From IMG/VR virus record IMGVR_UViG_3300020442_000005, positions 124,001 to 188,000 of that record: a stretch of DNA of 64,000 nucleotides; one strand, 5' to 3'. The notes below the pieces were generated by a model. It was not told the origin of the DNA. It did no database searches and saw nothing but the letters and a program-made list of their open reading frames with translations. Each line of letters opens with the position of its first letter. Within the stretch, counting starts at the first letter, position 1. Both the position numbers and the translations under genes were made by a program. Below are positions 18,043 to 28,179 of the stretch, one piece after another.

Positions 18043-21000
18043 ATGCTTATTAACATTAATGAAGTTGATAATTCAAGTCCAACAGTCGTTGAGACGTTTG
18101 CTGGAATTCCGGCTGCAATTATAGGCACTTCACAAACTGGTCCGGCTTTTGTACCGCAGCTAGTTAATTCAGAAGAGACCTTCATCGAAACGTTTGGAAA
18201 CATTTCTTCGGAACATTTTGGCTCTGTTGCTGTAAGAGCTTGGTACAGTGAAGCTCAAGCAAATGCCGGCTTAGTGTATCTTCGCGTTCTTGGCGTTGGT
18301 GACGGAAAAAAACGTACAACAAACAGCCGAGTAGCAAATGCTGGATTCGTGGTTGGTGCAAACAATGTTCGAACCGAAGCTGAAAAAGCGCTATATTCAT
18401 CAGTGACAGTTGGATCTTTACAAAACAACCCATACGCTAACGAAACAGCCGCTTCTGACGGCGGTGCCGAAGCAACAGTCGTGCTTGCAGATCCTGTCTC
18501 ACCAGATACCCATAACCAAACACTTATAGTCACCGTTGGCGGATCTGTAGTATTGACGATCACTACTGATGATGGTACGCCATATACGGCAACTCCAACA
18601 CTATCTGGTGCGACCCACACGCTCGGTATTGCCGGAACGCAAAACGCAACATCCATATTTGCTGCTTTGGCACACTTACTCAACCAGCTGGATGGTTTCT
18701 CAGCTACAGCAAACGGAGCAACAGATGTTACTGTAACTGCAGACGCCAAAGCGGATCTTACTAGCGATATAACGCTGACTGGTACATATATTTCTGGTGG
18801 ACATTTTAGTTCTACATCAACTCTAGGTCGCCGAGCTCGCGTCGCACCTGCAGCGCCTGGTCGAATGTATTTCTTATCAACAATCATGTCTCAGTCTGAT
18901 GGCTCAACCTATCTTACTGATGCGGGCCTTACGGGGTATCGCGATCCTATTTTAAGAGCCGTGCTTCTTGTAGCATCAGGTGTGCAATTACAAGTGTCTG
19001 GTTGGCGCCCTGGAGACTCTGGCGAACAAGACCTTTCAGGATCTTCTGTCGCTCAGGACTTCCTTAGTGGTAATCTTGGGCAAGATGCTGGTAACTGGAT
19101 TGGCGCGTCTAGAGGCAACGGTGCTGTACAGCTTATTCTAAACGGTCTTAAAGACGTTGATTCAAGAGTTATTAACTTTAATTTAGACCCAGATACTTCG
19201 GGTTATTTAGATGGTATTAATACAGAGCCAGATCGATTTGATGAACTTGGCCATTATTTATACGCTCACTACCCTGTACCTAGTGCATTGGCTATAGCAG
19301 CAACCGCTTCTCTTGGCCCTAATACCGCTCATGGATCAATTCACAGCTTTGTTCAAGGTGGAGAAACATACTACCATAATGTTCTTTTGACGACTGGATC
19401 TGCAGCTCGTAACACATATGGAGAAAGTGGATATAAACCAAATTACGAAGGCTGGGAAGATAGATTTTCTACACCGTTTACACCATGGGTCATTTCACAA
19501 CCGGTTGGTGGTGTTGAAACAAAGTTGTTTAGATTACATGCGTTAGACGACGGTCAAGGAACAGAAGATCAGTTCTTTGCTGAAATAAGTAACATTATTT
19601 ATCCGGCAGACTCAGCTGACTATGCTACTTTTGATTTAACTGTTCGCGGCTATGGCGACAACGTATTGAACACTGACACTACTCAGGCTAGCCCTACTGA
19701 TAACAACAGATTTATACAGAGCTACCAGGGTCTGTCTCTCGATCCAAATGCTGACAACTATATTGCAAGAGAAATTGGTGACTATCATCGTTATTACAAT
19801 TTCGATGTAAATACCAATGAACAGAAATTAGTGTTAGCTGGAATGTACGAAAATCAGAATCGTTACTTTAGGGTAGAGGTTACTGACGATGTTGCAAATG
19901 GTAAGATTTCAAAATCTCTTGTACCTTTCGGATTCCAAGGAATGCATCACTTAGTGACGTCTGGATCTAATGCGATGCTTTCGGACATCGAACTTGGACA
20001 TACTTGGAATAATGCTTATACTCACACAACCGCTCTCGAGGGCGCAAATGCAATCGGGATTCTTTCTGGCAACATGGCTGGAATAGGAATGGGTATGATT
20101 GTTCCTCCGGTTCCGTTGAGAACAAAAAATAAAAATGACGCAAATTCCACAACAGTTTATCCATGGGGAGTTCGTTTCGATCGCCCGGGCAAAGGATTCT
20201 TATATACCGATACGGGAGACTCGGTGGCAAAGAGTTTAACAGGAAACACGCAGGGATCTGTTGCGGATCAATACGTAAACAACTCGAACAATCTTTGGGC
20301 TTCTGGTAAAAATCTGGACTTAGTAAGACAACTAAATAAATTCTATCCATCCTATTCAACTTCTCCAATGTGGGTTGGAGATAACGCCGGCGTTGCAAAC
20401 TCTTCTGAAGGAGCTGTATTGGATTCAAATGAATTTAATAGAAACAAGTTTACTCTTGGAAGAGTCTATGTAGCAACAAAAACAGTCAATTCAGTCGTCC
20501 AACCTGATGATACAAGATGGCACCAGGCGCATTACATTCGTGACGGAGTCGATCCATCAACGGCTGGATTTAGATTTTTAAAAGCCACTGATCTTAAAGA
20601 AACATTTGCAACACAAAATTATACATCGTTCGTGCTGCCGTTTCAGGGTGGATTTGATGGTTTAAATATATTCAGTGATAACAAATACAAAATGAATCAT
20701 TGGGCTGCGCACTTTGAGCAAAAGAATTCAAGCACTCAAGGCGGATTACTAGGATCAACTGTTGCTGCGTATAGAAAGGGTATTGAAATCATTGCAGAAA
20801 AAACTGATGTTGATATCAATGCATTGGCAATTCCTGGACAGAGATCAACATTTATTACAGATCATGCTGCAAACAAAATGGAAGAGCGTTTTGATGCGAT
20901 TTACCTTATGGATATTGAACTTTGTGATCAATATGGAAACGGCGATGATCAGATAATGTTCGATGGTAATCCAGGAGAGAGTCTAGATGTTTCTAGGGTT

Positions 21001-21741
21001 GTCAATACGCAAAGAACAATCGAGAGATTTTCGGGTCGTGGATTAAGCAACTCTTTTGCAGCTGCATATTATCCAAACGTTTCATTGGCATTTCCTGAGC
21101 AAGGAGCTTTTGGAGGGCCTGGTCCTGTTAACTCATATGATCAGATGCCGCCTTCCATTGCAGCATTAGCGGCTTTTGCAAGAACTGATAGACTTGAAGG
21201 TGCATGGGGTACTCCTGCAGGATATGACAACGGTCGACCTTCTGCGATTACAAATACACAGACCCAACTAGTTGCAAGTGACACAAAAGAGTTATCTGTT
21301 AACTCAATCAACCCAATCGTTATTTATAACGATCAGGTAGCTCCTGTACTTTTGTCACCAACTGATCTCGGCGTACAGGGAACAGCAATTATTGCCGGCC
21401 AAAGAACGTTGTTAAATAAAAATTCTGCATTGTCCAGGCTTGATGTACGAAAGTTGATGGTCTATATCAGACGAAAAACTCGAGACATTGCTTACAACTA
21501 CATATTTGAACCGAACCAAAGCTCTGTTCTTACTAAATTCTCTCAGGAAGTTGAAAGCTTGCTAGAGACTTTGGCAACAGCTGGTGCAGTTCAGCAGTTT
21601 AGAGTTGTGATTGATGAAACAACGACTTCACAAGCTGACATAGAAAACAATACAGTTCGTGGTAAAGTTTTTGTTCAACCTTATAAGAGTACTGAAATAA
21701 TTGCAATAGATCTTAACATAAATAATACCGATCAGGCATAA
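18043..21741 (+). CDS. Tail sheath protein 2 (gp18-like paralog)
   Basis: Motifs AIIGTSQTGPAFVP, GGFDGLNIF, INPIV, GQRTL, ALSRLDVRKL and VQPYKSTEII. Confidence 0.9.
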   Translation: MLININEVDNSSPTVVETFAGIPAAIIGTSQTGPAFVPQLVNSEETFIETFGNISSEHFGSVAVRAWYSEAQANAGLVYLRVLGVGDGKKRTTNSRVANAGFVVGANNVRTEAEKALYSSVTVGSLQNNPYANETAASDGGAEATVVLADPVSPDTHNQTLIVTVGGSVVLTITTDDGTPYTATPTLSGATHTLGIAGTQNATSIFAALAHLLNQLDGFSATANGATDVTVTADAKADLTSDITLTGTYISGGHFSSTSTLGRRARVAPAAPGRMYFLSTIMSQSDGSTYLTDAGLTGYRDPILRAVLLVASGVQLQVSGWRPGDSGEQDLSGSSVAQDFLSGNLGQDAGNWIGASRGNGAVQLILNGLKDVDSRVINFNLDPDTSGYLDGINTEPDRFDELGHYLYAHYPVPSALAIAATASLGPNTAHGSIHSFVQGGETYYHNVLLTTGSAARNTYGESGYKPNYEGWEDRFSTPFTPWVISQPVGGVETKLFRLHALDDGQGTEDQFFAEISNIIYPADSADYATFDLTVRGYGDNVLNTDTTQASPTDNNRFIQSYQGLSLDPNADNYIAREIGDYHRYYNFDVNTNEQKLVLAGMYENQNRYFRVEVTDDVANGKISKSLVPFGFQGMHHLVTSGSNAMLSDIELGHTWNNAYTHTTALEGANAIGILSGNMAGIGMGMIVPPVPLRTKNKNDANSTTVYPWGVRFDRPGKGFLYTDTGDSVAKSLTGNTQGSVADQYVNNSNNLWASGKNLDLVRQLNKFYPSYSTSPMWVGDNAGVANSSEGAVLDSNEFNRNKFTLGRVYVATKTVNSVVQPDDTRWHQAHYIRDGVDPSTAGFRFLKATDLKETFATQNYTSFVLPFQGGFDGLNIFSDNKYKMNHWAAHFEQKNSSTQGGLLGSTVAAYRKGIEIIAEKTDVDINALAIPGQRSTFITDHAANKMEERFDAIYLMDIELCDQYGNGDDQIMFDGNPGESLDVSRVVNTQRTIERFSGRGLSNSFAAAYYPNVSLAFPEQGAFGGPGPVNSYDQMPPSIAALAAFARTDRLEGAWGTPAGYDNGRPSAITNTQTQLVASDTKELSVNSINPIVIYNDQVAPVLLSPTDLGVQGTAIIAGQRTLLNKNSALSRLDVRKLMVYIRRKTRDIAYNYIFEPNQSSVLTKFSQEVESLLETLATAGAVQQFRVVIDETTTSQADIENNTVRGKVFVQPYKSTEIIAIDLNINNTDQA

Positions 21742-21775
21742 TTAGAAATATACCAAACACTTAGGAGAAAATCAA

Positions 21776-22264
21776 ATGGCTGAAACATTAGACGTCGCGA
21801 GCATGCTTCCCAGGAAGTTCGAGCCAAAATACAATAATAGATGGGTTTTTGCCCTCGAAGGAATAGACGCTTACCTTATAAAGTCTGCAAATAGACCTTC
21901 AATTTCAATTTCACCTGTCACTATTGACTATATCAATTCACAAAGACACGTTGCTGGAAAAGCAACTTTTGGTGATCTTTCTGTCACGCTTCATGATCCT
22001 ATCGCTCCATCTGGCGCACAACAGGTCATGGAATGGTGTCGGACACACTTTGAATCAGTTTCAGGTCGTGCCGGTTACGCAGATTTCTATAAGAGAGATG
22101 CTCAGCTTAAGCTTATCGATCCGATCGGTACCGTCATCGAACTATGGGACATGAAAGGATGTTTCTTGACATCTGCTGATTTTGGTGGTGTGAGCTATGG
22201 TGGTCAAGACCCAATGGAAATATCATTGAGTATGAAATTTGACAATTGTGTTTTACAATACTAA
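21776..22264 (+). CDS. Tail tube protein (gp19-like)
   Basis: Motifs FEPKYNNRW, LHDPIAPSGAQQVMEW, GRAGYADFYKRD and ELWDMKGCF. Confidence 0.92.
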   Translation: MAETLDVASMLPRKFEPKYNNRWVFALEGIDAYLIKSANRPSISISPVTIDYINSQRHVAGKATFGDLSVTLHDPIAPSGAQQVMEWCRTHFESVSGRAGYADFYKRDAQLKLIDPIGTVIELWDMKGCFLTSADFGGVSYGGQDPMEISLSMKFDNCVLQY

Positions 22265-22278
22265 TTTCCACTATTAAT

Positions 22279-22326
22279 TTATACAATATAGGCATTCCTT
22301 GTATTATATATCAGGGAATGTCCTAT
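22279..22326 (+). promoter_or_regulatory. Promoter TTATAC-N17-TATTAT with its -10 box inside a hairpin that could also terminate the tube transcript
   Basis: The inverted repeat ATAGG-CATTCCTTG / CAGGGAATG-T-CCTAT flanks TATTATATA. Confidence 0.5.
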
Positions 22327-22355
22327 AGACATGTAAACATATTAGTGAGGAAATA

Positions 22356-23216
22356 ATGAGTCAAAGAAAAGGTAACGATGTATTTGCTGGCCAAGGCGCT
22401 GACGGCAAAATAGGTCAAGGTTGGCAGGGCGAATCGCATGATATTTTAAAGGACACTTTTGGCCTTACGATTCCAACTGAGTTAGCTCCGCTTCCGTCCA
22501 AGGGCATTGTGTATCCCGAAGGTCATCCATTGCATATGAAAGAAGCAATTGAGATACGTGCTATGACAGCGCGAGAAGAAGATATTCTAACAAACCGTGC
22601 ATACATCAAACAGAAATCTGTTATCAATGAATTGATTAGGTCTTGCCTTATTGACAAACGTATAAATCCAGAGGATATGATTGCCGGTGATAGAAATGCT
22701 GTCATGACATCTCTAAGAATTACAGGGTACGGTCCCGATTACAGCGTTGAAGTCGATTGTCCTAACTGTGGTGAGAGATCAAAGCAAGAGTTTGATCTTT
22801 CCGGCTTACCAATCAAAAATTTCAACGAGCCGCCAATCGCCGTTGGTTCGAACGCGTTCGAATTTGAATTGCCCATTACGAAAGCGACTGTTAGATTTAA
22901 ATACTTGAACGGACACGAAGAGAAAGAGATAAGCATCACTGAGGAAAGATTAAAGAAAAAAGGTATCAACCGGAAAAACTTGGTGACACAAAAGTATCAA
23001 TATCAATGCGTCGCAATTAACAACATTGAAGATAAAGTAAAGGTACAAAAGTTTTGTCAGAATATGCCGGCAAGAGATTCACTAGCTTTAAGAAAGTTTA
23101 TGGATTCGAACGAGCCTGGTATTGAAATGAAATCACACATGGTTTGCCCTCATTGTTACGAGGAGTCGGAGGTGCGCCTTCCTATTGGCGCAAGCTTTTT
23201 TTGGCCTGACGCATAA
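22356..23216 (+). CDS. Baseplate hub/tail assembly chaperone (T4 gp26-like), two CxxC motifs
   Basis: Motifs LPSKGIVYP, IRAMTAREEDIL, LRITGYG, CPNCG and CPHC; ends in FFWPDA. Confidence 0.8.
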   Translation: MSQRKGNDVFAGQGADGKIGQGWQGESHDILKDTFGLTIPTELAPLPSKGIVYPEGHPLHMKEAIEIRAMTAREEDILTNRAYIKQKSVINELIRSCLIDKRINPEDMIAGDRNAVMTSLRITGYGPDYSVEVDCPNCGERSKQEFDLSGLPIKNFNEPPIAVGSNAFEFELPITKATVRFKYLNGHEEKEISITEERLKKKGINRKNLVTQKYQYQCVAINNIEDKVKVQKFCQNMPARDSLALRKFMDSNEPGIEMKSHMVCPHCYEESEVRLPIGASFFWPDA

Positions 23217-23445
23217 CGATAAAGAAATATATTTAGAGCCGATATTTTATTTGGTTTATTATATGGGTATGACCTATGGAGAAGCATACAATCTGCCTAT
23301 ATGGAAAAGAAATTGGTATTTAGAGAGAGTAGTAACAGAGATTAAAAAAGCTAATGGTGATTCAAAGAATACCTCAAATGAGCATCGTGGATTATCAAAT
23401 AAATTGCGTCCAGCAGGACCGCAGAGAACAAAAAGATTTACATAA
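23185..23445 (+). CDS. Chaperone extension ORF, probably expressed by frameshifting from the upstream gene
   Basis: Overlaps the upstream gene across a T7 run, and only a TTG start is available. Contains IFYLVYYMGMTYGEAYNLPIWKRNWYL. Confidence 0.65.
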   Translation: MAQAFFGLTHNDKEIYLEPIFYLVYYMGMTYGEAYNLPIWKRNWYLERVVTEIKKANGDSKNTSNEHRGLSNKLRPAGPQRTKRFT

Positions 23446-23603
23446 TTGATTATTAACTAGTTTGGAGTAAACTAACTAATTTTGTTTCCGGGTGTTAGTG
23501 TAATAAAGCATTTAACAAAAATTATATCTAAAAGGCCTAAGGTGAACAACGCGTATACCCGGAAGTCGCGTTTAGTAACCACTCTTTTTCTTGGCGGTAT
23601 ATC

Positions 23604-23891
23604 ATGAATAAAAATAACGAAGTGATCGAAGGGCTCGTGGTTTTGGAATATCTTAATATAGGCATAATGCCTTTCTATCCAGGTCAACCAGGTATAACAA
23701 CCGCCGACAGAAAGACTAAAAGAAAGTTTCGAAAAATGTGGCGAAAAGTTGCAACGCTATATAATTCAATCGAGTACTATTCTCTGTTAGAAGGCAAGAA
23801 ATATCCTTCCAAGTCTAAAATGTACAAAAGAAAAATGATTGTGCATACTTACATTACAACCCAAGTTAAAAAGAAATACGGTCTTTATTAA
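23604..23891 (+). CDS. Hypothetical basic protein
   Basis: 95 aa ORF containing KRKFRKMWRK. Confidence 0.5.
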   Translation: MNKNNEVIEGLVVLEYLNIGIMPFYPGQPGITTADRKTKRKFRKMWRKVATLYNSIEYYSLLEGKKYPSKSKMYKRKMIVHTYITTQVKKKYGLY

Positions 23892-23893
23892 TT

Positions 23894-23922
23894 TTGTAGT
23901 TTTCAAATTTTCTTACTATAAT
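23894..23922 (+). promoter_or_regulatory. Sigma70-like promoter TTGTAG-N17-TATAAT
   Basis: 17-bp spacing; immediately upstream of the SD of 23942. Confidence 0.7.
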
Positions 23923-23941
23923 GATATAGATAGGAGATTAT

Positions 23942-24175
23942 ATGAAGTACCAATGTAGATTTAAACCTGGTGATAGAATAGCTGTTTGGGTTACACACAG
24001 ACAAGATGTGTATGAGGGCGATTTCGGAACTGTTATTGAAACAATTCCACCTGTTACAAAAAACTCAAACGTTTGGCTAGTCACCGCAATTCTAGATACC
24101 GGAATAAAACTATCGGAATACCACGAAGGCGTATTTGTTCATGAACGAAATTACGATCCCAACATACCGTTCTAG
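23942..24175 (+). CDS. Small SH3/KOW-like protein
   Basis: FKPGDRIAV...GDFGTVIE; SD AGGAG. Confidence 0.6.
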   Translation: MKYQCRFKPGDRIAVWVTHRQDVYEGDFGTVIETIPPVTKNSNVWLVTAILDTGIKLSEYHEGVFVHERNYDPNIPF

Positions 24176-24183
24176 GAGTATCT

Positions 24184-24555
24184 ATGATTGATTCTATGGA
24201 AGCTTCCATCGATGATTGTTGTTACTACTTATTGCGCAATGAAAAGCGTCCTAGGTTTGGTACAATCGTCAGAGTAATAAAAAGGGAATCAGCTGTTGTT
24301 GTAGTCGATGCACACAGTGGCGGCACTTACGTAGTGTGGGAAAAAAATGCAGCCTGGGACGAGAAAGAATTAAAAGGGCAGAAATGGGAAAAGCCGCATA
24401 ATTATATTCGTGAAATACCTGAGGAGGAGCAAGATGAAAAAGAGCCTGCTAAAAGAGTCAGTAATGTTCGTGACGGGAAGAAGAAAACAACTAAACGTAA
24501 ACGGACCAAAAGAAAAGGTACAAGCGTTTCTAAACGTTCTAGTCGCAAGTCGTGA
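24184..24555 (+). CDS. Hypothetical protein; SH3-like N-terminus and basic tail
   Basis: SD AGGAG; 123 aa. Confidence 0.55.
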   Translation: MIDSMEASIDDCCYYLLRNEKRPRFGTIVRVIKRESAVVVVDAHSGGTYVVWEKNAAWDEKELKGQKWEKPHNYIREIPEEEQDEKEPAKRVSNVRDGKKKTTKRKRTKRKGTSVSKRSSRKS

Positions 24556-24676
24556 TCTGTATGAAGCATTACATCAGGAAAATATTACCTTGACAGAAAT
24601 AAAAGAGCTTTCCGCAAACAAGGATGAGCTAGCCAAAAGATATAAAGACCAAACAGGGAAAGTTTGGCCACTGTAA
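24434..24676 (+). CDS. Hypothetical late protein (MKKSLLKES...)
   Basis: Start reassigned to ATG 24434 (SD GAGGAG); late-type motif at 24398; overlaps the upstream gene. Confidence 0.6.
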   Translation: MKKSLLKESVMFVTGRRKQLNVNGPKEKVQAFLNVLVASRDLYEALHQENITLTEIKELSANKDELAKRYKDQTGKVWPL

Positions 24677-24727
24677 ATTTTATGTTTTAAGATACTTATA
24701 CTATATTAAAGTTGGAGTATCTAACGT

Positions 24728-27700
24728 ATGGCACTTACACCCGAAGAATTAGAATCGCAGATAGCCCTGCAAGATAGATTAAACGAATCTATCGCACGTA
24801 ACGTTGAGTTGAAGAGACAACTCAATGAAACAACAGAGACCCAGTCTGAAGTGCAGGCTAATTTTTTTGCAGCTTTCGAGGAAGGCTCTGAAAAAACAAC
24901 GAAGGCTGCAAGTAGCCAGGAAGATTTAGCCGGCGCGCTTGATGAAGTTGCCAACAAACAAAAAGACGTTGGCGATTCTACTAGTTTTATGGACAAGGCA
25001 ATGATGTTTTTAAATAAAACGGTAATGTCTGCCAAAGCCGGCTTTCGAAGCCTTATGGGTGTTTTAAAGCCATTGTATAGTTTCATAACACTTAATCCTG
25101 TTTTTGAAATACTAGGTAACAATCTGCAAAATGTATCAGCCGCTCAAACCGGCGCATTTGAAGCCGCTCAGCAATTTAAAGAGACTCTTGGCACGTTGCC
25201 GGCTACGATTGATAAATTTAATAAATTTGTAGAGGCATCGGGAAGAACGATAGCCAAAACGGGAAGATCACTTTCATCGATTGCTGGTATTGAATATGGT
25301 GATATTACCAAAAAGTTTCTTGGGTATGCCAGTGAAATGGGTATCGGGTTTGATCACTTTGTTGATCATGCCAAAAACGCAGCTGGTGAAATAATATTAT
25401 TCAAGGAAGGTCTTCAAATGTCAATTGACACTTTAGAAGATTTGACTTTTAGATTTGGAGAAGACTCTTTTGGAGATTTTGCAAAACAAATAGTTGGAGG
25501 ATCGGACAAACTCGGACTAAGTCTACAAAACGTGTCAAAGAACTTTCAGGCGGGTATTAAGGACGCAAGCAACTTTGGATATATGACAAGAAAAGAATTA
25601 TCTGCAACCTCATTGTTTGCAACAAAGCTTGGCATGGAAATGTCTGAACTTACCTCGTTTGCTGACGGATTTGATACTTTTGAAGGTGCTGCTGAAAAAG
25701 TAGGAAAATTAAGTGCGGCCTTCGGTATTCAGCTCGATACCATGGATTTAGTGATGGAAGATAATCCTGCTAAAAAGCTGGATATGGTACGTGAGGCTCT
25801 CGAGAAAAGTGGACAATCGATCGAGAACATTCTTGGGGATCGAAGACAAGCTAAATATCTAGCGGACACTTTAAATTTACCTATCGAACAACTAGAAAAG
25901 CTTTCATCAATATCAACTGATGAATTTGGATTTTCTGACGCGTTTGATGCTGCAGCCGAATCTCAAGAAGAACTAACTGAAATGGACGCGTTAAAGACGA
26001 TATCAGACCAAATGCGCGAACTAAACAATGCATTGAATCCAATGCAAAATTCCGCAAAAACGTTTTTTGGCTCCTTCATACAGGGTTTCACAACCGCAGC
26101 TGAAAAAGGTGGTATATTTAAAGAACTGACAGTGGCATTCAAGGAACCTCTCGATAAGTTCTTTGCGGTTGGATCTAAGGTTTATAATCTTATTTCTGAC
26201 CTGTTTAAAGCAGGTGATGAAGCTGGCGAAGGTGCAGGTCCATTAAGAGGTATGGTTGAGCCGTTTTTTACATATTTTAATCAAATGTCAGACGTGGCTG
26301 ATAAACTGATAGGAGATGACGAGAATCCTGGTATTCTTACAAAAGTTTTCGACAATATTAAAGCATTTTTGAGTGGCGACGACGAAGCATTTAAAGATGG
26401 AAATATATTTACTATGCTGTTTGAGCCTTTCAAAGAGGTCGATAAACCAACAATATTTACTGAGGGTATTCAAAAGGGTCTAATAAGATTAGCTGAATTG
26501 ACAATGGATTCACTGGCGCAGGCTTTTAGGTTTGTGGGATCACAATCAGTATCTTGGGTTTCTTCGCTTATAGACCGATCGACGGATGATGTTGCAGGCG
26601 GAAAAGGCGGTACAGAATCTTCGTTTATGAAGTTTGGCAAAGAGATTTTTTCTTCTATAGGAGATATGTTTACCGATCTCATGGAAGCCGGAGCGGGACT
26701 ATCTGCATATCTGGTGGGAGGAACTTTTCAGGGAAAAACCATTCCATATGAAGAGTCACTTATTGGAAAAATGTTTGGCGATACCACTGAGACTTTAGAC
26801 GAAGGTTCGCCATTTCAAGATTTGCTAGGTAGCTTGCTTGGTGGATTAATGAAAATGTTTGGCGACTCACAGTTAGGAGACGCATTCCAGGCTGGAGGCA
26901 CGGATCTATCTTCAAAGTTTGATCTTTTAATACTCAAGTTAAAAGCTGGTTTTTATGTTGCTATGGAATCTTTAAGTAGAGAACTTGCAAGCTTTGGTGA
27001 AGACGGCCTAGCGCAATTCGGAGATGTTGGCGTCATGGATGAGTTAAATCCGTCTGTGATATTGTATAAATCACTTGCCAAATTGGGTACCTCCCCGGCA
27101 TCGAAAGGACTAACGGGAATGTTAGCTAGAAAAGGAGCCCAGGCACGAAAGGAATTAAAAAAGGCTTACGCAGAGATAGAAAACGCCCAATCTATGTTTG
27201 ACGTTCTTGGAGACAAAGGAAAGTCTGGATTTTTTGTTTTAGATCCTTCAAAAGAGGATCCAACAAAAACATTATCATTTAACATGATGGAAGGTCTGAA
27301 AGAGGGTGTCGATGCCGGTACGCCACTGGTAGTGGGTGCCATGGAAGAAGCAATGGAAAAAACCAACCAAGCAGGTAAAGACACAGCTGGAGTCAAATCA
27401 CCGTCCGTGATTTACGAAGAAATGGGTCGACATATGGCCGATGGATTGATTGCTGGTTTCTTCGGCGACGAAACATTAATTCAAGGATCGGGACCAAAAG
27501 GTTTTGTTCGAAGATTCGAACAAAGAATGATTCAAGTACAACAAGATATTGAGAAGCAATATCAGGATATAAGCAACTCTGCGGTCATAGCAATTGAACA
27601 AAAACTTGGTCGGGTAGGTGAGATATTATCTGGTGAAAAACCATTGTCAGTTGTTGTTGATAATAAAAAGCTTCAAATTGCAATTGCTCTAGACGTTAAG

Positions 27701-27841
27701 ATGGATACTCATACTGTAGCGACTAGCATAGCCAAGGCCCCGGGCGGATCATATTTCTATGTTAACATGCAAAGAAAAGACGATGGATCAGACGCTTACC
27801 AAACCCTTGAATCTAACGGAGGATTTTTACCAACGCCATGA
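24728..27841 (+). CDS. Tape measure protein
   Basis: 1037 aa helical protein downstream of the tube and chaperones. Has FDTFEGAAEKVGKLSA and the GVKSPS...EMGRHMADGL motif typical of tape measure proteins. Confidence 0.8.
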   Translation: MALTPEELESQIALQDRLNESIARNVELKRQLNETTETQSEVQANFFAAFEEGSEKTTKAASSQEDLAGALDEVANKQKDVGDSTSFMDKAMMFLNKTVMSAKAGFRSLMGVLKPLYSFITLNPVFEILGNNLQNVSAAQTGAFEAAQQFKETLGTLPATIDKFNKFVEASGRTIAKTGRSLSSIAGIEYGDITKKFLGYASEMGIGFDHFVDHAKNAAGEIILFKEGLQMSIDTLEDLTFRFGEDSFGDFAKQIVGGSDKLGLSLQNVSKNFQAGIKDASNFGYMTRKELSATSLFATKLGMEMSELTSFADGFDTFEGAAEKVGKLSAAFGIQLDTMDLVMEDNPAKKLDMVREALEKSGQSIENILGDRRQAKYLADTLNLPIEQLEKLSSISTDEFGFSDAFDAAAESQEELTEMDALKTISDQMRELNNALNPMQNSAKTFFGSFIQGFTTAAEKGGIFKELTVAFKEPLDKFFAVGSKVYNLISDLFKAGDEAGEGAGPLRGMVEPFFTYFNQMSDVADKLIGDDENPGILTKVFDNIKAFLSGDDEAFKDGNIFTMLFEPFKEVDKPTIFTEGIQKGLIRLAELTMDSLAQAFRFVGSQSVSWVSSLIDRSTDDVAGGKGGTESSFMKFGKEIFSSIGDMFTDLMEAGAGLSAYLVGGTFQGKTIPYEESLIGKMFGDTTETLDEGSPFQDLLGSLLGGLMKMFGDSQLGDAFQAGGTDLSSKFDLLILKLKAGFYVAMESLSRELASFGEDGLAQFGDVGVMDELNPSVILYKSLAKLGTSPASKGLTGMLARKGAQARKELKKAYAEIENAQSMFDVLGDKGKSGFFVLDPSKEDPTKTLSFNMMEGLKEGVDAGTPLVVGAMEEAMEKTNQAGKDTAGVKSPSVIYEEMGRHMADGLIAGFFGDETLIQGSGPKGFVRRFEQRMIQVQQDIEKQYQDISNSAVIAIEQKLGRVGEILSGEKPLSVVVDNKKLQIAIALDVKMDTHTVATSIAKAPGGSYFYVNMQRKDDGSDAYQTLESNGGFLPTP

Positions 27842-28179
27842 GTGATAAAAAAATTAAAAATTCTGAAAAGACAGAAAAAACGTTTGAGGAAAAGGTTCTT
27901 GATAATTTTCCGGAAGATTTTAAGCCAGATTACAAACCACAGAGTTTTGATCCGCTCAATGATTCCGGAAAAAAAATAATTGAGCAAACCGGTGCCAAGG
28001 ATATATTTAAAAAATTAATGATCGAGGAAAGTGACAAAGTTGGATTTGATCTATTTTGGGATGCATTAGTAGACAAGAAAGCAAAAGACTTTGAAAGATT
28101 GCGTGAAACGCTGCTTGATGATAACATTCGGCGTGAGCTTTTAAAAAAAATCATAGAGGTAGCTAAACATGGCAAATAA
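27838..28179 (+). CDS. Hypothetical tail-module protein
   Basis: Translationally coupled to the tape measure gene by an ATGA overlap. Confidence 0.6.
   Translation: MSDKKIKNSEKTEKTFEEKVLDNFPEDFKPDYKPQSFDPLNDSGKKIIEQTGAKDIFKKLMIEESDKVGFDLFWDALVDKKAKDFERLRETLLDDNIRRELLKKIIEVAKHGK

Noticed and set aside
18255-18887. 210-aa minus-strand Ala/Val/Ser-rich ORF
   Set aside because: Antisense shadow of the Thr/Ala-rich sheath insertion.
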